A stretch of DNA of 32,000 nucleotides from Nostoc sp. PCC 7120 = FACHB-418 (lineage in GTDB: Bacteria > Cyanobacteriota > Cyanobacteriia > Cyanobacteriales > Nostocaceae). Position numbers and translations under genes: made by a program. Shown here one piece after another: positions 16,657-24,427 of the stretch (position 1 is the stretch's first letter; each line of letters opens with the position of its first letter). The notes beneath the pieces are model-generated. The model was not told where the DNA came from. It worked only from the letters and a program-made list of their open reading frames with translations, and made no database searches. The stretch covers positions 3,420,001 through 3,452,000 of the forward strand of contig NC_003272.1 of NCBI RefSeq assembly GCF_000009705.1. The letters are read 5' to 3'.

Positions 16657-17331
16657 ATGAATGATACTTTGACCCTAGATGAAGTAGTAGAGTTTGCTGA
16701 GAACCCAGAACCACGCTGTCCTTGCGTGTTGTTGCTCGATACATCTGGCTCGATGCAAGGTGCTGCTATAGAAGCTCTAAATCAGGGCTTGCTCAGTTTG
16801 AAAGATGAGCTGATGAAAAATTCCATAGCAGCCAGACGGGTAGAAATTGCGATCGTTACTTTTGATAGTCATATCAATGTAATACAAGACTTTGTGACTG
16901 CCGATCAATTTAACCCACCAATTCTGACAGCGCAAGGATTAACTAGTATGGGGGCTGGTATTCACAAAGCCTTGGACATGGTACAAGAGCGCAAATCTTT
17001 GTATCGTGCCAATGGTGTTGCTTACTATCGTCCTTGGGTGTTTATGATTACTGATGGTGAACCACAAGGTGAACTAGATCATTTAGTAGAACAAGCAGCG
17101 TTGCGTTTACAAGGTGATGAAGTTAATAAACGTGTGGCATTTTTCAGCGTAGGTGTGGAAAATGCGAACATGACACGGCTTAACCAAATAGCTGTCAGAA
17201 CGCCACTTAAACTCAAAGGACTAAACTTTATTGAAATGTTTGTTTGGCTATCGGCTAGTATGTCGGCAGTTTCTCATTCGCAAATTGATGAGCAGGTAGC
17301 GCTACCGCCGATTGGCTGGGGATCTATCTAA
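16657..17331 (+). CDS. von Willebrand factor A (vWA) protein, TerY/YegL-like, with an intact MIDAS motif
   Basis: The ORF opens at TTG 16630 (AGGA 9 nt upstream); the first ATG is 16657 (MNDTLTLDEVVEFAENPEPRCPCVLLLDTSGSMQG). The MIDAS motif is DxSxS (DTSGS) plus a downstream Thr (LTSMG) and Asp (MITDGEP). Confidence 0.9.
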   Translation: MNDTLTLDEVVEFAENPEPRCPCVLLLDTSGSMQGAAIEALNQGLLSLKDELMKNSIAARRVEIAIVTFDSHINVIQDFVTADQFNPPILTAQGLTSMGAGIHKALDMVQERKSLYRANGVAYYRPWVFMITDGEPQGELDHLVEQAALRLQGDEVNKRVAFFSVGVENANMTRLNQIAVRTPLKLKGLNFIEMFVWLSASMSAVSHSQIDEQVALPPIGWGSI

Positions 17332-17368
17332 ATAGGAGTTACGCATGAAGACGAAGAATCGAGAGTAT

Positions 17369-17485
17369 GGGGGGGTAGGGGTACAGGGGTATAGGGGTAT
17401 AGGGGTGCGGGGGTATAGGGGTAACTAAAATACTCACACCCTTACACCCTCACACCCTTACACCCCTCACACCCTTACACCCTCA
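17369..17485 (+). repeat. Inverted G-rich / C-rich octamer arrays able to form a long imperfect hairpin
   Basis: The left arm (17369..17424) holds about 6 units of GGGGTATA/GGGGTACA. The loop is ACTAAAATACT. The right arm (17436..17485) holds about 6 units of CACCCTTA/CACCCTCA. As RNA each unit can pair at 7 of 8 positions, counting one G:U. The array fills the vWA-PP2C spacer. Confidence 0.8.
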
Positions 17486-17541
17486 TTGCGTAGTTCCATT
17501 GCGGCTTGACACTTACACAGCTAGCTGACACAACAAACTAT

Positions 17542-18324
17542 ATGAAAACATCAAAACAGAACCCTCATTGGCAGGTAGTCGCCGCTTCTGTCTGTGGAAC
17601 AAGCCACATGAAAACTAAGCAGTTGTGTCAGGATGCTCACCACTGGCAATTATTGCCGGGGAATGTTTTGGTGGCGGCGGCCGCAGATGGCGCGGGTTCT
17701 GCAAGTCAAGGGAAAGTTGGAGCGATGGTGGCGGTAGAAACAGCGATTGAGAGTTTATCGCTGAGAGATATTACCAGAGATTCCCTGGCTGATGATGAAA
17801 CTGTGCGATCGCTTTTAACTGAGGCTTTGCTGGCTGCCAAAAAAGCTGTGGAAGATGAAGCAGTAGCTTGTCAAAAACAGCCCCAGGATTTAGCGACTAC
17901 CTTAATTATTGCGATCGCCTCACCAGAAATGGTAGCAGCTGCACAAATCGGTGATGGGATGGCAGTAGCTAAGGATCATTTGGGCAACTTACTGGCATTA
18001 ACCATCCCAGACAACGGCGAATACATTAACGAGACAACTTTTTTAACGTCACCAGGTGCGTTAGAAACGGCGCAGATGCGATTATGGCGCGAAACCATCG
18101 TCAACATTGGACTCCTCACCGATGGGCTGCAAATGCTGGCTTTAAATATGGTTGTTAGTGAACCTCACAAACCCTTCTTTTTTCCGTTATTCGACTTTGT
18201 AAAAAACGCCGAAGATCAAGCAGAAGCAAAAGAGCAGCTAGTAAAGTTTCTAGGCTCTGAGAGGATTACACAACGTACTGACGATGATTTAACGCTGATT
18301 ATAGGTGCCTTTAATCATTTGTAA
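17542..18324 (+). CDS. PP2C-family Ser/Thr protein phosphatase (PP2C_2-like)
   Basis: ORF 17506..18324 trimmed to ATG 17542 (MKTSKQNPHWQVVAASVCGTSHMKTKQLCQDA). The metal-ligand blocks AADGAGSA, IGDGMA and LLTDGL are typical of the bacterial PP2C_2 group found beside vWA and kinase genes. Confidence 0.85.
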   Translation: MKTSKQNPHWQVVAASVCGTSHMKTKQLCQDAHHWQLLPGNVLVAAAADGAGSASQGKVGAMVAVETAIESLSLRDITRDSLADDETVRSLLTEALLAAKKAVEDEAVACQKQPQDLATTLIIAIASPEMVAAAQIGDGMAVAKDHLGNLLALTIPDNGEYINETTFLTSPGALETAQMRLWRETIVNIGLLTDGLQMLALNMVVSEPHKPFFFPLFDFVKNAEDQAEAKEQLVKFLGSERITQRTDDDLTLIIGAFNHL

Positions 18325-18330
18325 AGGTGT

Positions 18331-18384
18331 GTCAGTGGTCAGTCGTCAATAGTTTTCTTCTCCCCCTGCCCCCTGCCCCCTGCC
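18331..18384 (+). repeat. 40-bp dispersed element (copy B) extended by a (CCCCTGC)n tail
   Basis: GTCAGTGGTCAGTCGTCAATAGTTTTCTTCTCCCCCTGCC followed by CCCTGCCCCCTGCC. It starts 7 nt after the PP2C stop and fills most of the 89-nt spacer before the kinase ATG. Confidence 0.8.
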
Positions 18385-18413
18385 TTTCTTATACCCTTAA
18401 CCGTAATTTAATC

Positions 18414-20612
18414 ATGAAGGTACTACGTTATCTTCCTCAGGAAGAGATTATCAGCCTCAGCGTGAGTTTGGGGCGTGGCGGTGAAGCGTGTATTTATGCT
18501 GTGCCGTCGGCCGGTGATTGTGTGGCAAAGATTTATCACAAGCCGACAGTTGCCCACGCCAGCAAACTCCGGGCTATGCTTGCTAACCCACCGGAAAATC
18601 CTACGGCTAGTTTGGGTCATATTTCCATTGCTTGGCCGCAAGAATTATTGTGGGGAGCAGATGAAAGCGAACGCGTTATTGGCTTTTTGATGCCGCGTAT
18701 TCGGGGGATGCGTCCCATCATCGACTTTTACAACCCCCGGACTCGCCGTCAACACTGTCCTTTATTTAATTATCAGTACCTCCTGCGGACAGCGCGGAAT
18801 TTGGCGGCGGCTTTTGCGGCTTTACATAATAGTGGCTATTCTGTAGGCGATGTCAACGAATCTAACATTTTGGTAAGTGACACAGCCCTGGTTACCTTGG
18901 TAGATACGGATTCTTTCCAGGTATGTGACCCGGATAATGATATTGTTTATCGTTGCCCGGTAGGGAAACCAGAGTTTACCCCACCAGAACTACAGAATAA
19001 AATCTTTGCTCATCACGATCGCCAACCTACTCATGATTTATTTGGTTTAGGGGTGCTAATCTTCCAACTGCTGATGGAAGGTACCCATCCCTTTTCTGGT
19101 ATTTATCAAGGCATTCCTGAACCACCACCTTATGAAGCCAGAATTGCGTCGGGACATTTCACCTATAGTAAAAAACGGCAAGTACCTTACATACCTACTC
19201 CCATCGCCCCGCCTTGGGAAATTCTCCATCCCAGTTTACAAGCGCTGTTTATTCGTTGTTTTGAGGATGGTCACAATGAACCCCAACTGCGCCCTAATGC
19301 CCAAGCTTGGCTGTCGGCTATAGCTGAGGCTGAAGATTCCCTGACTACCTGTACAGTTAATTCTCAACATCACTACAGTAATCACCTGCACAGTTGTCCT
19401 TGGTGCGAACGTGCTTTACGTTTGGGTGGTCGTGACCCATTTCCTTCGGTGCAAGCAATTGAAAATAGAGAACATCTCCGCCCCCGCATCCCCACCAAGA
19501 GACGCTACGGCCACAGCCATCAGCCTGCTAACTTGCCGCAGCCAGTGATGCCGATGTATCAAAGCAATTGGCATTCACCCACCCCCAGTTTTTCACCTTA
19601 CCGCAATCGCTGGAAAGGAAAGTTTTATCCGGTAGTTTTTTGTTTGTTGGGTTTTGGGGTTTTGGGGTACTTGGATGTGGTGACAAAATTCACCAGTCCT
19701 TTAGTATCGCGCAATAATTATGCTCAACAAGCGCTGATGCCTCAGCAAGCCAGTGGTAATATCGCCCTGAGTTTTGCAGAGTACTACAAACAGGGTCATG
19801 CTGCTTACCAAGTGCGTGATTATAAACAGGCAGTGGATAACTTCACCCATGCCATTCAGCAGGAATCAGCAAATGCCAGAGTCTTGGTTAATCGAGGTAA
19901 TGCGCGTTATAACCTGAAAGACTATGAAGGTGCTTTAGCTGATTACACGGCAGCTTTGCAAATTAATCCCAGAGAAATCAAAGCTTTTGTGAATCGGGGT
20001 AACTCCCGCTTAATGCTGGCTGAATATAGCAATGACCCTGACCAACAGTATAGATTAGCGATCACCGACTTTAATCACGCCCTGAAACTCAACGAGAAGG
20101 AAGCCGAAGCCTATATCCGCCGAGGGATTGTGCGAACGCAAATGGCTAAATATAGCAGCGACACCATTAAAGATTACCAAGAAGCGATCACCGATTTTGA
20201 CCAAGCCCTGAAACTTAATCCCGCGAAAACCGAAGCTTACTTTCAGCGTGCTTCCGTCCGCTATCTCATTGCCCAATATACAGGTGATTCGACAAAGGAA
20301 TATGATCAGGCGATCGCCGATTTTGATCAAGCATTAAAAATTAACGACAAACTAGCCAAAGTGTATCTTAAACGCGGCATGGTGCGTTACGAATTAGCAC
20401 AAATTACTAGTAATAAATCTGATGTCAATAACGCCAAAGCTCTTGCAGATTTACAGCTAGCCGCCAAACTTTCTTTAGAACAAGAAGATACAGAAAGTTA
20501 TCAACAAGCACTCAGCAGTATCTGTATCATTGAGGAAAGCAAATGTAATGCTTTATTCCAAAGCTCTACAATGCGAGGATATGCCAGCACAGACTTGATA
20601 GCAAAACAGTAA
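18414..20612 (+). CDS. Ser/Thr protein kinase (YegI/TerY-P type) fused to a CxxC segment, one TM helix and a C-terminal TPR-like repeat array (732 aa)
   Basis: ORF 18327..20612 trimmed to ATG 18414 because the upstream codons are repeat-encoded. Kinase motifs: VAKIY (catalytic Lys), GDVNESNIL (catalytic loop), DTDSF (DFG equivalent) and FTPPE (APE equivalent). SCPWC is near 19395, the TM segment FYPVVFCLLGFGVLGYLDVV is at 19623..19682, and the TPR-like repeats run from about 19767 to 20520. Confidence 0.9.
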   Translation: MKVLRYLPQEEIISLSVSLGRGGEACIYAVPSAGDCVAKIYHKPTVAHASKLRAMLANPPENPTASLGHISIAWPQELLWGADESERVIGFLMPRIRGMRPIIDFYNPRTRRQHCPLFNYQYLLRTARNLAAAFAALHNSGYSVGDVNESNILVSDTALVTLVDTDSFQVCDPDNDIVYRCPVGKPEFTPPELQNKIFAHHDRQPTHDLFGLGVLIFQLLMEGTHPFSGIYQGIPEPPPYEARIASGHFTYSKKRQVPYIPTPIAPPWEILHPSLQALFIRCFEDGHNEPQLRPNAQAWLSAIAEAEDSLTTCTVNSQHHYSNHLHSCPWCERALRLGGRDPFPSVQAIENREHLRPRIPTKRRYGHSHQPANLPQPVMPMYQSNWHSPTPSFSPYRNRWKGKFYPVVFCLLGFGVLGYLDVVTKFTSPLVSRNNYAQQALMPQQASGNIALSFAEYYKQGHAAYQVRDYKQAVDNFTHAIQQESANARVLVNRGNARYNLKDYEGALADYTAALQINPREIKAFVNRGNSRLMLAEYSNDPDQQYRLAITDFNHALKLNEKEAEAYIRRGIVRTQMAKYSSDTIKDYQEAITDFDQALKLNPAKTEAYFQRASVRYLIAQYTGDSTKEYDQAIADFDQALKINDKLAKVYLKRGMVRYELAQITSNKSDVNNAKALADLQLAAKLSLEQEDTESYQQALSSICIIEESKCNALFQSSTMRGYASTDLIAKQ

Positions 20613-20616
20613 TTAA

Positions 20617-20630
20617 TTGTCAGTTGTCAG
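20617..20630 (+). repeat. (TTGTCAG)x2 heptamer pair 4 nt after the kinase stop codon
   Basis: Read directly. It is identical to the pair at 7135..7148. Confidence 0.8.
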
Positions 20631-20666
20631 GTGTTAATAATCAATCATTTACATCGTCATTCGAGT

Positions 20667-20773
20667 TATACCAATTGGAAAAAAGAATGGGACAAATGAA
20701 CCATCTGTAGAGACGCGATTCATCGCGTCTTCTTCACCCAAGGATGTGTTGCAATCATTAATTGAATTGGTAT
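20667..20773. mobile_element. MITE-like small element (~107 bp) with terminal inverted repeats and a central perfect palindrome
   Basis: The terminal inverted repeats are TATACCAATT (20667..20676) and AATTGGTAT (20765..20773). The central palindrome is AGACGCGAT-TC-ATCGCGTCT (20711..20730). The GTAGAGACGCGATTCATCGCGTCT motif is one I recognise as a multi-copy Nostoc repeat. There is no coding capacity. Confidence 0.45.
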
Positions 20774-20823
20774 TAATTTCTGTTGCCTTAGTTTGTGCCT
20801 ACACTGAAAAATTCAAGTGTATC

Positions 20824-20858
20824 TAGGGTGTGTTATCACTTAGGGTAACGCACCCTAC
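20824..20858. repeat. Hairpin repeat of the GTAGGGTGCG family
   Basis: TAGGGTG (20824..20830) pairs with CACCCTA (20851..20857). The reverse complement of the 3' part reads GTAGGGTGCGTTACCCTAA, which relates it to the inverted repeat at 28339..28402. Confidence 0.6.
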
Positions 20859-20929
20859 TTGTATTGCAAAATTCCAAATAATGTTCAATATTTCATCGTT
20901 CATAATTTAGGACTAGACTCTTTATTTTT

Positions 20930-20957
20930 GACAACGGACAACGGACAACTAACAATT
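20930..20957. repeat. Heptamer array GACAACG GACAACG GACAACT AACAATT
   Basis: Read directly. It is related to the reverse complement of the TTGTCAG-type units. Confidence 0.8.
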
Positions 20958-21146
20958 AATTCATTCACTAAGCTTTCATATCTAAAAGATTTATATTTAC
21001 TCATTCTTTATACAAAAGCTCAGAAAAACAGTTAGATTATGTACGGAGAAAAATAAAAGAGAAGTGAATTTTTCTCCCATCCATGTGCATCCTCTTCATC
21101 CCGATATTCAAAAATTAATCTAACTGCAAATCCCCAAGGTAATTGT

Positions 21147-21920
21147 ATGAAAGCGGTGATTTTGGCTGGAGGGCTTGGTACACGCCTCAGTGAAGAAACC
21201 AGTATCAAGCCTAAGCCGATGGTAGAAATTGGTGGTAAACCAATTCTTTGGCACATCATGAAAACTTATTCTAGCCACGGCATTAATGATTTTATTATTT
21301 GTTGTGGTTACAAAGGTTACGTGATTAAGGAGTATTTTGCTAACTACTTCTTACATATGTCTGATGTAACTTTTGATATGCGTTTTAACCAGATGAATAT
21401 CCATTCTGGTTACGCTGAACCTTGGCGAGTAACTTTGGTCAACACAGGCGATAATACTATGACTGGTGGACGCTTAAAACGTGTCCGCGAACATCTTGGG
21501 AATGATACTTTTTGTTTTACTTATGGTGACGGTGTATGTGATATTAATATCACCGAATTAATTAAGTTTCATCGAGAACAAAAGAGTTTAGCAACCCTGA
21601 CAGCAGTCCAACCAGCAGGACGTTTCGGGGCAATTTCCCTGGGATACGAACAAACTAAAATAACCAGTTTCCGGGAAAAGCCCGAAGGTGATGGTGCTTG
21701 GATTAACGGTGGTTATTTTATCTTAGAACCAGAAGTCATAGATTTAATTGCTGATGATGCTACCGTTTGGGAAAAAGAACCACTAGAAAAGCTAGCAGAT
21801 ATGGAGGAATTATCTGCTTTTAAACACAATGGTTTTTGGCAACCAATGGATACATTGCGTGATAAAAACTATCTAGAGGAGTTATGGAAAAATAACCAAG
21901 CTCCTTGGAAAGTGTGGTAA
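21147..21920 (+). CDS. rfbF: Glucose-1-phosphate cytidylyltransferase (CDP-glucose pyrophosphorylase)
   Basis: MKAVILAGGLGTRLSEETSIKPKPMVEIGGKPILWHIMKTYSSHGINDFIICCGYKGYVIKEYFANYFLHMSDVTFDM is nearly identical in its blocks to Salmonella RfbF as I remember it. It would be the first gene of the HEP island. Confidence 0.9.
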   Translation: MKAVILAGGLGTRLSEETSIKPKPMVEIGGKPILWHIMKTYSSHGINDFIICCGYKGYVIKEYFANYFLHMSDVTFDMRFNQMNIHSGYAEPWRVTLVNTGDNTMTGGRLKRVREHLGNDTFCFTYGDGVCDINITELIKFHREQKSLATLTAVQPAGRFGAISLGYEQTKITSFREKPEGDGAWINGGYFILEPEVIDLIADDATVWEKEPLEKLADMEELSAFKHNGFWQPMDTLRDKNYLEELWKNNQAPWKVW

Positions 21921-22030
21921 TTAACAGTACACGGAATTCAAAAAACATTTTGGCATTTTGTCCTATCTTATTTTGACTTCCGTTGTAAGGTATTCTTTAC
22001 TGATTTAGTGTAATTTTTGCAGTAATAACA

Positions 22031-23245
22031 ATGTACGATTTTACCATTGTTGGCGGGGGCATAGTTGGGCTATCTACAGGGATGGCTTTAGGTAAGCGTT
22101 ATCCTCAAGCAAGAATTTTAGTATTAGAAAAAGAAAGCCAGTGGGCATTTCACCAAACTGGTAATAATAGTGGTGTAATTCACTCTGGAATTTATTACAA
22201 GCCAGGTAGTTTTAAAGCTAAATTTTGCCGTGATGGTAGAGACTCAATGGTAAAATTTTGCCAGGATTATGGCATCGACCATGAGGTTTGTGGCAAGGTA
22301 ATTGTAGCGACAAATGAGCAGGAGTTACCACGCCTAGAAAACCTTTACCAACGTGGCTTGGAAAATGGTACACAAGTTCAGAAAATTAGCGCCGAAGAAG
22401 TCAAGGAAATTGAACCTTACGTTAAATGTGTAGCGGGGATTCGGGTATTTTCTACTGGTATTGTTAATTATAAGCAAGTTTGCTTAAAATACGTCGAATT
22501 AATTCAACAACAAGGCGGAGATTTAAGGCTTAACACCAAAGTTTTAAAAATTTCCCCCAGTGGTAACAATCACGTACTGGAAACTAATAACGGTAACTTT
22601 GAAACCAGATTTGTGATCAATTGTGCCGGATTGCACAGCGATCGCATCGCTAAGTTAGGTGGAGTCAAACCAAGCGCCAAAATCGTACCCTTCCGGGGAG
22701 AATATTACGAACTAACCCCCGAAAAACGGTATTTGGTCAAAACACTCATTTACCCGGTTCCCAACCCTGAATTTCCCTTCCTGGGTGTCCATTTCACCCG
22801 CATGATTGACGGAAGTGTCCACGCGGGGCCGAATGCAGTTTTGAGTCTGAAGCGCGAAGGTTACAAAAAAACCGACTTTGACCTGAGAGACTTTGCCGAA
22901 GTGATGACCTACCCTGGCTTTTGGAAACTTGCAGGCAAACACGCCGACGAAGGTATCCAAGAAATCATTCGTTCCTTCAGCAAAGCCGCCTTCACCAGAA
23001 GTTTGCAAAACCTCATTCCCGAAGTCCAAGCCGAGGATTTAGTTCCCACCCATGCAGGGGTACGCGCCCAAGCCTTAATGGATGATGGCAAACTTGTAGA
23101 CGACTTCTACATTGTTCCTGGTGAAAACTCCATTCATGTTTGCAATGCACCTTCACCAGCCGCGACTTCTTCCCTAGAAATTGGCAAAGCGATCGCTGCA
23201 CAAATCCCCCAGCAATCACACCTTGAGAATGTAGTGATTGCATAG
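22031..23245 (+). CDS. FAD-dependent oxidoreductase, L-2-hydroxyglutarate oxidase (LhgO/YgaF)-like
   Basis: MYDFTIVGGGIVGLSTG (GxGxxG) followed by HQTGNNSGVIHSGIYYKPGSFKAKFC closely parallels the E. coli LhgO N-terminus as I recall it. The length is 404 aa. Confidence 0.8.
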   Translation: MYDFTIVGGGIVGLSTGMALGKRYPQARILVLEKESQWAFHQTGNNSGVIHSGIYYKPGSFKAKFCRDGRDSMVKFCQDYGIDHEVCGKVIVATNEQELPRLENLYQRGLENGTQVQKISAEEVKEIEPYVKCVAGIRVFSTGIVNYKQVCLKYVELIQQQGGDLRLNTKVLKISPSGNNHVLETNNGNFETRFVINCAGLHSDRIAKLGGVKPSAKIVPFRGEYYELTPEKRYLVKTLIYPVPNPEFPFLGVHFTRMIDGSVHAGPNAVLSLKREGYKKTDFDLRDFAEVMTYPGFWKLAGKHADEGIQEIIRSFSKAAFTRSLQNLIPEVQAEDLVPTHAGVRAQALMDDGKLVDDFYIVPGENSIHVCNAPSPAATSSLEIGKAIAAQIPQQSHLENVVIA

Positions 23246-23321
23246 ATAGTTAAGCAAGGGGCAGGGTTTATTACTCAGCCCTCCTCACTCCCCATTAACA
23301 AATATAGAGAATTTGACACAA

Positions 23322-24350
23322 ATGAAAATTTTAGTAACCGGAACCGAAGGATATTTAGGTTGTTTATTGCCTTCTTTGTTAATTGGTAAAGGACATGAAG
23401 TAATTGGCGTAGATACTGGTTACTACAAAGTAGGCTGGCTATACAACGGTACTCCAGTAACCGCCAAAACCCTCAACAAAGATATCCGCCATATTACCCC
23501 TGAAGACTTAGAAGGTGTAGAAGCGATCGTTCACATGGCGGAACTTTCCAACGACCCCACCGGACAACTATCACCAAATATTACCTACGACATTAATCAT
23601 ATAGGTTCAGTCCGTCTCGCTAACTTAGCCAAAACAATGGGTGTGCGGCGCTTCGTCTATATGTCTTCTTGTAGTGTGTATGGTGTTGCTACTGAGGGTG
23701 ATGTTACAGAAGCCTCTCCAGTTAACCCCCAAACAGCCTACGCAGAATGCAAAACCCTTGTAGAACGAGATGTCACACTCCTCGCTGATGATGACTTCTC
23801 GCCTACGTTCATGCGTAACGCCACTGCTTTTGGTGCTTCTCCCAGAATGCGTTTTGATATTGTGTTGAACAACTTAGCAGGTTTAGCTTGGACTACCAAA
23901 GAAATCAAAATGATTAGTGATGGTACACCTTGGCGGCCATTAGTCCATGCACTAGATATCTGCAAAGCCATAGTTTGTGCTTTAGAAGCACCCCGTGATA
24001 TTGTTCACAACCAAGTCTTTAACGTTGGCGATACTACCAACAACTACCGCGTGAAAGAAATCGCCCAAATCATCGCCGATACTTTCCCCGGCTGTAAATT
24101 ATCCTTCGGTGATAATGGTGCAGATAATCGCAGTTACCGCGTATCTTTTGAGAAAATCAACAGCATTTTACCAGGATTTAAGTGTGATTGGGATGCTCAA
24201 AAAGGCGCTAGACAATTATTTGATTTATTCAGTCAAATAGATATGACAGAAGATACATTCTTGTTTAGAGGTTTTACACGCTTAAAGCAATTAGAGTATC
24301 TCATTCGTACTGAACAAATTGACCAAGATTTCTTTTGGAATGTTAAGTAA
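23322..24350 (+). CDS. NAD-dependent sugar-nucleotide epimerase/dehydratase (extended SDR)
   Basis: ORF 23313 trimmed to ATG 23322. It has MKILVTGTEGYLG (Rossmann GxxGxxG), MSSCSVYG and the YAECK catalytic YxxxK. Confidence 0.85.
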   Translation: MKILVTGTEGYLGCLLPSLLIGKGHEVIGVDTGYYKVGWLYNGTPVTAKTLNKDIRHITPEDLEGVEAIVHMAELSNDPTGQLSPNITYDINHIGSVRLANLAKTMGVRRFVYMSSCSVYGVATEGDVTEASPVNPQTAYAECKTLVERDVTLLADDDFSPTFMRNATAFGASPRMRFDIVLNNLAGLAWTTKEIKMISDGTPWRPLVHALDICKAIVCALEAPRDIVHNQVFNVGDTTNNYRVKEIAQIIADTFPGCKLSFGDNGADNRSYRVSFEKINSILPGFKCDWDAQKGARQLFDLFSQIDMTEDTFLFRGFTRLKQLEYLIRTEQIDQDFFWNVK

Positions 24351-24361
24351 CATCTGAATAA

Positions 24362-24390
24362 ATACCCGACTTATTGAAGAAGTCGGGTAT
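24362..24390. terminator. Perfect 11-bp hairpin (dispersed Nostoc repeat), possible terminator or RNA-stability element
   Basis: ATACCCGACTT - attgaag - AAGTCGGGTAT, 12 nt after the SDR stop. No T-run follows it. I recognise the AAGAAGTCGGGTAT motif as a multi-copy Nostoc sequence. Confidence 0.45.
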
Positions 24391-24427
24391 CTAACCGCCT
24401 GAAAATATCAGATTTTTATTCTTGATC

